Origin: Ruditapes philippinarum
Lineage: Eukaryota
Assembly: GCF_026571515.1 (NCBI RefSeq)
Contig: NW_026862875.1
Coordinates: 248,001 to 312,000 of the forward strand
Length of the DNA stretch: 64,000 bases
Direction of reading: 5' to 3'
Positions 42,067-53,699 of the stretch are shown here, one piece after another (the first letter of the stretch is position 1; the number at the start of each line of letters is the position of its first letter). The position numbers and the translations under genes were made by a program. The notes under the pieces are model-generated. The model was given only the letters and a program-made list of their open reading frames with translations. It did no database searches and was not told the DNA's origin.

Positions 42067-42270
42067 AATGCCCTTACAATTAGTATCATATTTTTATGCC
42101 GGACGAAAGCGTTTATTATTCGCTAAGATTTATGAATTCTAACAATTTCCAATTTAAAACATTATAAATGATAAGAAAATAGATCGGCTTCAACACAGTT
42201 TCTATACTTGGATTTTGATCCATACAATGCTAATATTATTGCTAATGTTAAATGTATTGATATATTTCAG

Positions 42271-42390
42271 TTGTGTGTAAAGAGGGTCAGCGCCCATGCT
42301 CCTCAGGAGAATGTATAAATGCCAACTTTTTCTGTGATGGGATAATTAACTGTAGAGATGCCGGTGATGAGCTAGCGGCTGACTGCCCAG
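42271..42390 (+). CDS. Protein A, exon 3 (LDL-receptor class A module 2)
   Basis: (V)VCKEGQRPCSSGECINANFFCDGIINCRDAGDELAADCP. tttcAG acceptor, GTATGA donor, phase 1-1, 120 nt. Confidence 0.9.
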
Positions 42391-42437
42391 GTATGACGCA
42401 ATTGTTGATGGGCATATACTCATAATTTAATTCCATT

Positions 42438-44216
42438 TTTAGCTCGACTATTCGAAGAATATGAGAGCTATTGTAGTCGCCCCGGCGTCGGCGTCGGCGT
42501 CAGCGTCCGCGTCGGCGTCTGCGTTGGTTAAAGTTTTTTGTAAAGTCAAATATCTCAATTATTACTTGAGATATTCAATTGAAACTTACAATACTTATTT
42601 ATAGTAACAAGGTACATCAGATTGACAAGTTTGATAACTCTGCCTACAATATTGACAGAATTATGCCCCTTTTTAACTTAGAAATTTTGGTTAAAGTTTT
42701 TTGTAAAGTCAAATATCTCAATTATTGCTTGAGATATTCAATTAAACTTACAATACTTATTTATAGTAACAAGGTACATCAGATTGACAAGTTGGATAAC
42801 TCTGCCTACAATATTGACAGAATTATGCCCCTTTTTAACTTAGAAATTTTGGTTAAAGTTTTTTGTAAAGTCAAATATCTCAATTATTGCTTGAGATATT
42901 CAATTGAAACTTTACAATACTTATTTATAGTAACAAGGTACATCAGATAGACAAGTTGGATAACTCTGCCTACAATATTGACAGAATTATGCCCCTTTTT
43001 AACTTAGAAATTTTGGTTAAAGTTTTTTGTAAAGTCAAATATCTCAATTATTGCTTGAGATATTCAATTGAAACTTACAATACTTATTTATTGTAACAAG
43101 GTACATCAGATTGACAAGTGGGATAACTCTGCCTACAATATTTACAGAATTATGCCCCTTTTTAACTTAGAAATTTTGGTTAAAGTTTTTTGTAAAGTCA
43201 AATATCTCAATTATTGCTTGAGATATTCAATTTAAACTTACAATACTTATTTAAAGTAACAAGGTACATCAGATTGACAAGTGGGATAACTCTGCCTACA
43301 ATATTGACAGAATTATGCTCCTTTGGAACTTTTTTGTTTAAAGTTTTTTGTAAAGTCAAATATCTCAATTATTGCTTGAGATATTCAATTGAAATTTAAA
43401 AATACTTTTTTGTTGTAACAATGTACATCAGTGTGCAAAAATTGCATAACTCTGCCTGCAATATTTGCAGAATTATTTGCCCCTTTGAAACTTAGTAATT
43501 TTGGTTAAAGGTTAAAGGTATTCAAAGATATTTACTTGAAACTTTACACATGCACTTAGGGTCATAATTGGAGGGTCATAATTGTATGTCACTGACCAAG
43601 TTCCATAACTCTATCTTGCATTAAGGCTGATTCATATCCCCTTTTCTACTTAGTCTCTTGGTTAATGTTTACATGCAAGTTTTACATATCTCAATGACTA
43701 TTAAAGATATTTATTTAAAACTTCACATATGCATTTAGGGTTATAATTGTAGGTCACTGACAAAGATCCATAATTCTATCTTGCATTTAGGCTGATTTTT
43801 CTCCCCTTTTTCAACTTAGAAATTCATGGTAAAGTTTTGTTTGTAAGCTGTTATCTCAATAACTACTGAAGGGTTTGTCACTTTGTGCCTTTTTTGGGAC
43901 AATTTTATGCATTCATAATAATAAAGCAGTGATTTCTTGATAAAACATCTTAATAACAAGCCTTTGTACCTTGTCTGTCAAATTTATTTTTCATAGGTAA
44001 TTAGTATTATTATATTCAATAAAACACCCTTGTGACATTACCTTCCGAATAGTCAAGCCAATACTGTATAATTAGACTCTCTCTAAGGCCTATAACATGA
44101 ATTTATAACAAAAAATTAGCCCTTTTGTGAACTTAAAAAATTTAACATTATCAAGGCTCTTTTACTATCAAGCACTTAGAATAGTCGAGCGTGCTGTCCT
44201 TCCGACAGCTCTTGTT
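42438..44216 (+). mobile_element. Helentron-type non-autonomous element (HINE-like) with internal ~163-bp satellite array
   Basis: T-rich ends; subterminal IR GCTCGACTATTC / GAATAGTCGAGC (44179-44190); (GGCGTC)n microsatellite; units start at 42526, 42689, 42851, 43015, 43178, ~43336 and 43503, then diverge; 3' stem-loop GCTGTC-CTTCC-GACAGC followed by TCTTGTT. Confidence 0.8.
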
Positions 44217-45847
44217 TATTGGAACTATAACCAATATTGAACGACACTGCTCAAATCTGACTTTGACACTTCTTTTAAGAAATCCTTACCATTACTTACC
44301 CTTAAATATTTGTTTCATCCATCCTGGGAGCTTCACTGAGGTCCAAGGCCACACAACAAAATTTGCAAATTCTTACCCAGGTACTGGGTGGGTGATCACG
44401 TGGATCACCGCAAAAGGTGTTTTGCTAATTTAACTTTATATATTTCAATACATGTACATATATATAATAATAAAATATATATATTATAATGAATATATAC
44501 CAATTTCCTTGTAAATATTTGCCGGTTCAAATGGTATATAACTTTTTATTGTAGCTCTTTTATTCTTGCAGAAACTTTTCAATGCGGCAGTATTTTAATC
44601 AACATACGTGTCTCAACTTATGTCTCAGCATATTTATAAGGAAAGTATGAGAGCTTCATTGGAAAAATATGTACCATTTAAATCGGAAAATATTTGGCTT
44701 GAATATACATTTATTATTCAAATATTGAAAGATATAACAAAGCATTAAGAGATAATCTGATTTTACCGTAAAAAATGCCACGCGAACACCTACCCTGGAT
44801 AAACTGGTAAAGAAATATTCTCATATAATTGTGTTCCATTAATAAACCGAGTTGAGCCAAAAACGTTTAAGCAATTTTTGTTTGGGATAATTTTGCACAA
44901 TTAAAATTACTATTCTAAAAAAAAAGGATGAGGGAATGATTTGAAATTTTGCACAGATTTTGACCTTCATCAAATGGTACTCTTATCTATTAGAAATAAA
45001 TCCAGACTTTTCATGTCAAAAAGCTTACTGGACTCCATTCAAATGTTCCTCATACCTTTTACTGGGACTGGAGAGTGTGACAGATGTTGCCATTTTATTG
45101 TCCCTCAAGAACAGACTCGATCTAACAGAGTTGACGGTTCTAAGTTTTCTTTGCTACTTAAGAGATATTTCTATTTGAATTCGTTTTGACATGTCAAGAT
45201 CAATGTGGCACCTATAAGAAGTGTGTCCTGTTCTTTTTTCAAATTTTTGTCCTTCAAATAGGTCTTGTTGAAAGGCACATTATGTCTTAGAAATGAATAA
45301 ATTCCCCTTCTTAAGAAAAAGGGAAAGGTGAGTTTTATAACGTTCTGATATTAATTTAGATAATGTTATATGCTTACACTTAAGGAATAACCCGCTAAAT
45401 GTGATATTATTTGTTATAAAAACAAATACTAAAATACTAAAAACTATACTTATTGCCAAAGTGCAACAGAATCAAAAGATGTTTCTTTTGATTGACCAAC
45501 CTTTTGTAAAAAAAAGAACAGGGCATGAAAATAAGCTTTCGACAAATCAAAATAAAAGCATTTTAAGGCATAATGTGTCTTCAAAATAGAAAAGTGTTTT
45601 AAGCCGATACTAAGGACGGTGTCTCTCATTACCAAACCGAATCTGTGGATAGGGTATCAGTTTGGTAATTTAATTCTAATATTTCCTATTTATAGTATGT
45701 ACACTTAATGAAATCCATAACAATTCTATGTCAGAATCGAATACCATTGATTTTTAGTACAACAAAATTTAATAATTTTACATTCTACATTTTGTTTGCA
45801 CAAATTTCCACATTATACGTGCATGATAGAGTTAATAACTTTTACAG

Positions 45848-46303
45848 GAGAAACCACAACAAAATCAAATGCAAACACTTCCACGGAGGATTCACTACCT
45901 AGCCCTATCAAGAGTTTGACATGGACACCACGTCAAGTTCAAGACACGACTATCCAGCCTTCAACGTCAAAACCACAGAAGCAAAGAGAACTAGACTGGG
46001 GACGCATATTTGCGGCTGAGTTGGTAAACAAACCGGCCACAATGTCTGAACCTTCTCTGCCGGATATAATAGTTCCTAATATTCCCCCAAAAACTCATAT
46101 TTCGGTTCAACCAATCAAAAGCTTCGTTTCAACAACACTTAAGTACAATATTCCTGATTGGGCAATGTCAAAAGTTAAGGAGACCACCACGCCCCTATAT
46201 CAGCCACGTGTTTCTACAATACCATACTGGTTTTATTGGTATAACACAACCTATCAACCAACAACGTCACGAACCCCTTGTGTAGAAGTGGATGACCGTT
46301 TTG
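45848..46303 (+). CDS. Protein A, exon 4 (Thr/Pro/Ser mucin-like linker)
   Basis: tttacAG acceptor, GETTTKSNANTST...TPCVEVDDRF, donor G|GTAAGT. Phase 1-1, 456 nt, inside ORF 45796..46425. Confidence 0.85.
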
Positions 46304-47191
46304 GTAAGTTGTTTGTATTTGAGTTACCGTTGATCATCAATGTATTAAAATTGAAGGCAGGTCCAGAAAAAAACAGGATCAATGACAAAATTTTGAAAAT
46401 TTATTTTTTTATAAATCATTGCTAGGAATACAGGCGGTTCAATATTGTTTGAATGCCATGCATTATAATGATGAAACATTAAGTCTTAGTCAAAATAAAT
46501 AAGCCAAGCTGATATTCAAAATTACATGTATAAAATAGTTAAAAACGATGCCTTATTACAATCTACGTGTCAATAATAAATTTGTTCTATGATTGGAAGA
46601 GCATAAATAGCAAAGTAGCTATGAATTCTCAGGCATTATACCAACATTTCAAAACAGGCGTTTCCATAATTACCATTACAAAATGCAGAACAAAACATTT
46701 TTGAACTTTTGAATATATCAAATGACAAATGTTTGTTTTGAAATTTGAAATTCATTACAAAATTTGCAACAAATGGCCATGTATGTATTATATGATATAA
46801 GTTATTAAATCCGATCTCTGTGAAATTGAGTCATGAAAGATGAGCTTTTTTGAGATAAAAGTAGATCTATGGCATGTTATTTGAATTCTCACACAATCAA
46901 TGTCATAAAATGATTCAAACGCTCTGTTTTCCAATGCCTAATAAGAACTTTATTGAAGAAAAATTAAACGCAGCATGATTATTTGATTAGTTAACTTGTA
47001 TTCGCTTAAATGGTTGCTTGTTGTTTTTGTAAATGCAATATGATATATTATTGATTATCTGTTTGGTTCGTTCAGTTGTATTAGCTTTAAATGAATGAAT
47101 GCAATATTTGTAAGAGTAAAGCTTTCAGAATGATAATTCAAGGTTACGATACTCTCATACTAGTATTGAAATTTTGCTTTTCCGTTTTCAG

Positions 47192-47682
47192 AATTTTGCC
47201 GCAAGCGTTATCGTGGTTATTACCGCCACCCAAACGACTGCAAGCAGTATATTGTATGTGAATGGGGATTTATGCATATATGTACATGTCCAGAGTTAAC
47301 TCACTGGGATCTTCGAGCTCTAACGTGCGTTTGGGAGAACACTTCACCGTGCATAACAGGAACTTATGATAAACTGATAATAGCTGACCAAATTACAATG
47401 CCAATACCCCCGATTATGGCACCGTCACCATCAACATCACTTCCTACAACGACGCAGATATCAACGACAACATCAGATTTGTCTTCTTCATTGCCAAATA
47501 TTGTACCACCGCTTGTTAGACTGCGCGCCCTACCTGCAACACCGGCTTGGCTGAAAGAACTCACTGCAAAATCTTTTTCTTACCAAAATGAGCCGCAAAC
47601 ACCACGTTATCAGTCGCTCTTGACAAGATTCTTCAAAGCAATGCCACATAGTACAGCCAATGAGAACATAAGACTAAGTTAA
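47192..47682 (+). CDS. Protein A, exon 5 (CBM14/peritrophin-A chitin-binding domain plus Thr/Pro tail, stop)
   Basis: (E)FCRKRYRGYYRHPNDCKQYIVCEWGFMHICTCPELTHWDLRALTCVWENTSPC has C-x13-C-x5-C-x9-C-x12-C-x7-C spacing. Full CDS 64+123+120+456+491 = 1254 nt, 417 aa. Confidence 0.9.
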
Positions 47683-47922
47683 TTAGACTTATTTAAAGAT
47701 TATATGTACATATAAGTTACAGTTTATTTAAAGCTTACAAAGTTGACTTGGCTAGTGTTGTTTCTCCTCCACTTATACGAGGAGATTATTATTGTACAGC
47801 GGGATGTTCATGAAAATGTTCAACTAGGGACATTGCGTTCAGAGATTGATTAACATTACAGACATACGTTATCTACAATGATATTAATGTTATGGAATGT
47901 TTATTTTGAAATGGAAAGATTC

Positions 47923-47944
47923 AATAAACTGCATTTTCAATAAA
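47923..47944 (+). terminator. Duplicated AATAAA polyadenylation signal of protein A gene
   Basis: Tandem (TCAATAAACTGCATTT)x2 about 240 nt after the stop codon, followed by T-rich sequence. Confidence 0.5.
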
Positions 47945-50193
47945 CTGCATTTTTTCATAATATTGTTGATAGCAGCATGCCTCCAGAATAATGCTAATTT
48001 TCATGAAAGTTTTTTAATGAATTGCAAATTAAAATATTGTGAAGTGAACAAATGGCACTTATGACTTTGAATATGAAACTACCCATAGGGATAAAAATAT
48101 TTGCATTTAAGAAGACTTGCTAAACATTTTTCTTTCATACAAGTATTCTTTTTCAAAATTTAAATCGCAAACACATTTATAAAGATATATAGCTTTATAC
48201 ACCTACAGAAGTGGCAAAATTATTTCATATTTTCTATTATAGTTGTGTTTTATAGCTCGTGACTCGACAATATTCAAACAGACCTTATACACATTTCGTC
48301 ATTAATTCGAATTGTAGCAGTTGCCTCCCTTAGACGCAAAGTTGGTGTCAACAATGTTATTATGTCATTAAAAAATACGCAGGCCTCAAGGTTATGAATC
48401 TTTGCTAAAGTTACGTCTCAAATCTAAGGATTATCAATGATAAGTGTACATTCTATGTTAATTCTTTACTTACTAAGTACTGGGGATTTGAGTTAGATCT
48501 TAGACAATTACTGTTTAGCCTCATACGCAGACTTACAATTATCTCTGAACACATGCAACAATATCTGAACTAGGAAACTCTTAGTATCCGACCCGAGTTG
48601 CAAACAAAGTGTGCGCTTGATTATAGTGAAAGTCTGTATACTTATTTAGGTAAAATATTTGTATATTTGGTATCGAAATTTGCGGAAATGTATTGGCTAC
48701 ACTGTGGTTTATATTTAATTGAAATTTGATTTTTAACAAAACTTCGATAACAACTGAGGGATGAAAAGAAAAGTTGCAGAATTGTGCTTTTTATCAATTC
48801 GGTTTTTTCCTTTGGATACTTGATTTTTATTCGAACATCGTTCAAACTCAATTCCATAAAACGTTCTATTAACGTCCATTCAGTCTCAAACATTTTACTT
48901 GATTCATAAGCGAGATGGAAGCAATAGATGATTTTGAACAAGATAAAACGCGTAAAGCTTATATTTTCACCCTATCGTTATGTACACGAAACAAAAATCT
49001 GATATTAATCAAATTTCAATACAAAGTAAACCACTGTGTGGTCAATACATTTAAATTTCTCACATTTGCCTATATTTTGCAGAATTCTCAAGAAATCATA
49101 GTTTTATTTTTCAACTGATTTAATTATTTTACAAGTACTGGAGAGTTCGCTTTCAGAAAACTCAAATATGTCAGTTTCTTCCTTGCGAATGGCCAGTGAG
49201 ATTTCCCGGTTATTAAATATGGGTTTGCTGTTGGGCAAGCGGGCGGTTGAAAACATTTTTCTGTTCGCAACTTCTAATTCATTCTCAAGCGCTTTTCACA
49301 AAACTTTTAAAGAAGCATCATCATCAATATTGTCATCAATATTGTCGGTGTTTGGCAAATATTTTGGCAGAATTATGGCTCTTTGATTTTTTACATATAT
49401 AATACATAGGGAAATCTTCTTTGAATTTAGAATCTACTCAAGATATTATAATATTTTGGAATTTTATGCATATCTTTGTTATACATCAAATGATATCACT
49501 GAACAATTCCATAACACTGACCAACATTTTGACAGGAATTTGGCATTTTTCAGGCTAAAAGTTTAAGTTATAGAGGTAAATCACTGTCACTGATAGCTAG
49601 GGTTTTTGATTTCTGACTTCTTCTACATTAATACAATATATAAATGCAGAATAAATGATGTATGTAAATAGTAAATAGTAAGCAAGTAAACGTACAAAGT
49701 AAACAAAACGACAGAGGTCCACATAAGATACCACTATAATTTAATAAATATATTAGTATTATATATAGTGTTAATTTGTTCTTAAGTTTATTGTTCGTAA
49801 TAATATGCATCAAATTAGATACAGTTAACATTTCAAATCTGTAGAAACATAAAACATACAAATTAATACTCATGTATATATTATATATGTTAAAAATCAT
49901 AATTCGACAAAATATGCTCGAATTGCAAAATGCTGGCAATATGCAATAGGGCACTTGATGACGAAGCTTCTGTGAAACATGAAACACTAAACACCACTTT
50001 TCGTCGCATTGCGGTGTTTCTTGTCCAGTTCTTCGCTGTGAATGTCACAGGAAGTCTAGGTCAGAATAGACAGTCTACGGCCAAAAAAGGCAATTGCTTC
50101 GAGAATCATAGAATCCCGGAGTATACGTAATGTACCGACGCACGTAATACGTTTCTCTTCAGAAAACATACTCATAACTGTTGAAATTTACAG

Positions 50194-50653
50194 GCCCCGT
50201 GTTCACTAAGATTAATGAATCAAGAGGATCAAGGTCAGGATCAAATTTAAAGAAAACCAACTATTCTCTATTGTTTTATCCTCATAGATTAAGTATTTCA
50301 TATTAACCTGACAAAATTGGACTTGAAATAGCACATTTTAGAAAATTTAGATTATATTAATTGCTATATTACAACATATGGGCATTTCACTGTTGATCGA
50401 AATATTGATCCCGATTCTAAAATTGATTTTTATTTTGATCCGATTATTTTTACTTTGTTTTGTAATTCGTCTATTTTATCCAAAAATATGATGTTTTTTT
50501 GTTGTTTTTGTTTTTTAGCCATTGTTTTACATTTTGTAACATTTAATTCTAGCAAACTAGCAAAATACAATAAATTTTGGGTTTATTAAACACTGAAAAC
50601 AAAATCAGGATCATTTGTTTTGGATTCTGATCTTTTCTTAGTGAACACGGGAC
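50194..50653. mobile_element. 460-bp MITE, PIF/Harbinger-like
   Basis: TIR GCCCCGTGTTCACTAAGA / TCTTAGTGAACACGGGAC flanked by a 3-bp direct repeat CAG on both sides; internal GGATCA/TGATCC repeats. Confidence 0.7.
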
Positions 50654-52828
50654 CAGAGGACGTTCTAAAAACTGTGTAGGCATATATTTCACAATATCAT
50701 TTGCAAACAGCGAAAAAAAGGGAAAGAAGAAAAAGAAAATACATTAATACATATATATTATCAGGCTGATTTTTTTCTTTATTTATGTATTATACTAGTA
50801 TTAATATAGATATAACTGTAATGTGACAAGCAACAAACGTCTTCATAAAGTGTGATATTGGATCATCCGCATGATGCCCTATCTAATAGTGATGAATAGG
50901 TATAATTGAAGTATATAACATATATTGTCATAGTCTTGTAGCAGCCATTACGATAACATGTTTTTACGAAAATAAAACTGTCAATAAAACTTAACACGGG
51001 TTACCAAAACTGAATGTTCTGTCTTTGAAGATGGACAGTAACAATTTTGATGATATGTATAAAATATTTTTCTATGCATATTTCGAATAATCATCTTATT
51101 GTGAAGGTTCTCTTTACGGAAGCATAAATAGACCACCACTTTACGATATATTTCATGAAAACATTCATGATAACTATTTTAAGTTTTCACGAAACAAGGT
51201 ATGATTTTCACGAAAGAAAGACAAATATCATATTTAACAAGAAAGTTTGCATGTTAGCGCATTAAAAACGGACACATTTTCGGGAAAATAATTCTTTTTA
51301 CGTGTTTAGTTAATAATTTGTTTCATGAAATATTCCTAATCATCTGATTTCACGAAAATCTATTATTTCCCCGAAATTGTTTCATAAACACTCTATTCGA
51401 AAGTACAATTAACTTAACAACGATAACTTCACATAATGCGTGATAAATAACTAGCTTCTGTGGTCTACTTTATTGTCCTGTATTATGATATATTAAGTAA
51501 GAAACCTCTGTTAAAATTGTCACGAAAGTTTGCATGAAAATTTATTAAGTTATGGCGTATTTATGACTTCGTATTGTAAAATTTCTGGTACGTACATATA
51601 ACTGAATTGCTAGTTGAATGTGGAACTCATTCCGAAATGGCCGCTTTGTGAGCCGCGAGGTAGTTCAAAATGAATGGCTACCGATTTCTATCCGCCTGGC
51701 GCCTGGCATAGTGGTAGGAGTTGGGAGGTACATGGTATGCAAGCAAAAGGTGTCTCATAAGCCAGAAATGGCTGGCCCTTTCAGTAGGGGTGACACTATA
51801 ATAAACAAGATTTTTTTTAATGCGTTTATTTAAGGTCGCCGCCGGAAAGCCCATAAGGGCGACCGTACACTCAAGTCGGGCCATCCTAGAGCGTCCCGCC
51901 GAGATTTTTTCATAAACAAGACCTTTACCTTTTACCTTTTATAACTACTGACAATCGCAACTTTTCGGTCTTTTTCCGCCATACTTCGGTAAAGAAGTAT
52001 GGGTAATCGGAGAGGTGTTCCGAATACGACACTAGCGGGATAAAATCATTAAGTTTTCTTGATTATCATCATATCAGAATATAATTACAAAAAATGGTCA
52101 AATGTAAATATCATATATTTATTTGTACATAACTATTCTTTGTAAAAATACATCTTACTTTTTTGCAAAATTCGAAACAAACTACACAAATTTGAAAGCA
52201 AAATAATTGGTCACATAATAACTGGGTTTTAAAGACTTGAAACTTTTACATTTATCTGGTACAGAAAACTATAGAATGTGAAGTCTGAACAAACCAAAAA
52301 TTATCTTGTTTTCTAACAGACAACAGAACCCTCTGTTGGTGTTTCGATGATGCCATATCATTGCAATTTTGTTAAAAAATAACATATACTTATTTTGGTT
52401 CGACATATCACTTGTAGAAATACTTTTCCTTTTAAAATGTACAACACACAATGGAATAATTAAATATTTCCCCAGGTGACATATGCACGAATTTCCTCAT
52501 TACAAACTTTTTAATACTAGCGACACTGACTCAAAGGGATTATGCAAAGACACGTGTACAATAAAATGAAAAATAACCCCTTTAGTATAAGGACAATCAA
52601 ATCTGGATGATGTTTCCATTTTTTTCACTATATGTATTTGTAAAGTCACACAATCAGAAGCACTAAACTGTTTATCACGTGATTAAATTTTCACCAACTG
52701 ACACGTGATCAAATTATCTTCAAGTGACAAGAAATCCACCGTTGGCAAATGGAAAAAAAACTGTTTAACATGTCCTTTACACGTGACAAGATAATCACAA
52801 AGTGGCGCGTGGTAAAACTATTCAAAAT

Positions 52829-52995
52829 TCATTTACACGTGACAAGATGATCCCAGTTACATACTTTTATATTATCGTCAAACATAGTGCTGGATGGGCA
52901 AGCACAGTTATGTAAAATTCCCCATATACAAACGTAAAAAGAGCGACAATCTGCTGGGTTTTTATAATGGCCGGAATTTCTTGACTGGCAAAATC
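52829..52995 (-). CDS. LDLa-mucin-chitin-binding protein B, last exon (CBM14/peritrophin-A, stop)
   Basis: gtttcAG acceptor, (G)FCQSRNSGHYKNPADCRSFYVCIWGILHNCACPSSTMFDDNIKVCNWDHLVTCK*. Cys spacing is identical to protein A. Confidence 0.9.
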
Positions 52996-53699
52996 CTGAA
53001 ACAAGGGAAGTAAGTTGAAATATTTTGAACATTTGGAAAAAGTAGTTTGTAATTTGGATTAGAAGTCAATGTATTGAAATAAGTATTTTCAGAAATTTTA
53101 TTGCTGTTGCATGTTTTTGATAATTAACATTCACACAGTGTTGTAAATGAGAAATGAAATAATTATTCATAAAAATCATTTATATGATGTTAGAAATCAG
53201 CAATAATATGTTTGTTTTACTGATTTTTACGCCAGTTTTGATCATATCCCGGCGCTCAATACATCTAACAGCCTTTTCTGGATAACTAACCAGTAAATTC
53301 CAATTTATCTGATAGGGATCGGCTGCTTATCTCACGTGATTTCTGAATTAGCGGCAAGAGACAAATGCGCATTAGAGTCTATGTCCCAGATCCTTTCGCC
53401 TCGCCCGAAGATCGAAAAGTGACCACGAGATTAATATGATTGTTCATATAAAAAAATTTTAATGAAAAGAATTATTGCACGCTATGATATAAACATGTCA
53501 AGGTTGAAGCTTACCATGGTTAAAGCATGACCAAAAATAACAAAAACCTATAAAATGTCAGAATTCTTGCATCAGTTAAGTGAAAGGTTGAAGTCATTTC
53601 ACATAAGAAATAAACACAAAGAAAAAGTAGCAAAGATTTCTATGATCCACAAGACAGGCATTTACAAAAAAAGCGATTATAGTAGAAAAGAACTAGTAC

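Noticed and set aside
42579-43399. ORFs 42579..42950 and 43214..43399 with repeated peptide
   Set aside because: Translation of the 163-bp satellite; unit length varies (162-164 bp) and breaks the frame.
51660-51870. tRNA A-box-like TGGCATAGTGG and a small GGTCGCC/GGCGACC hairpin
   Set aside because: No B box or cloverleaf; at most a degraded SINE fragment.
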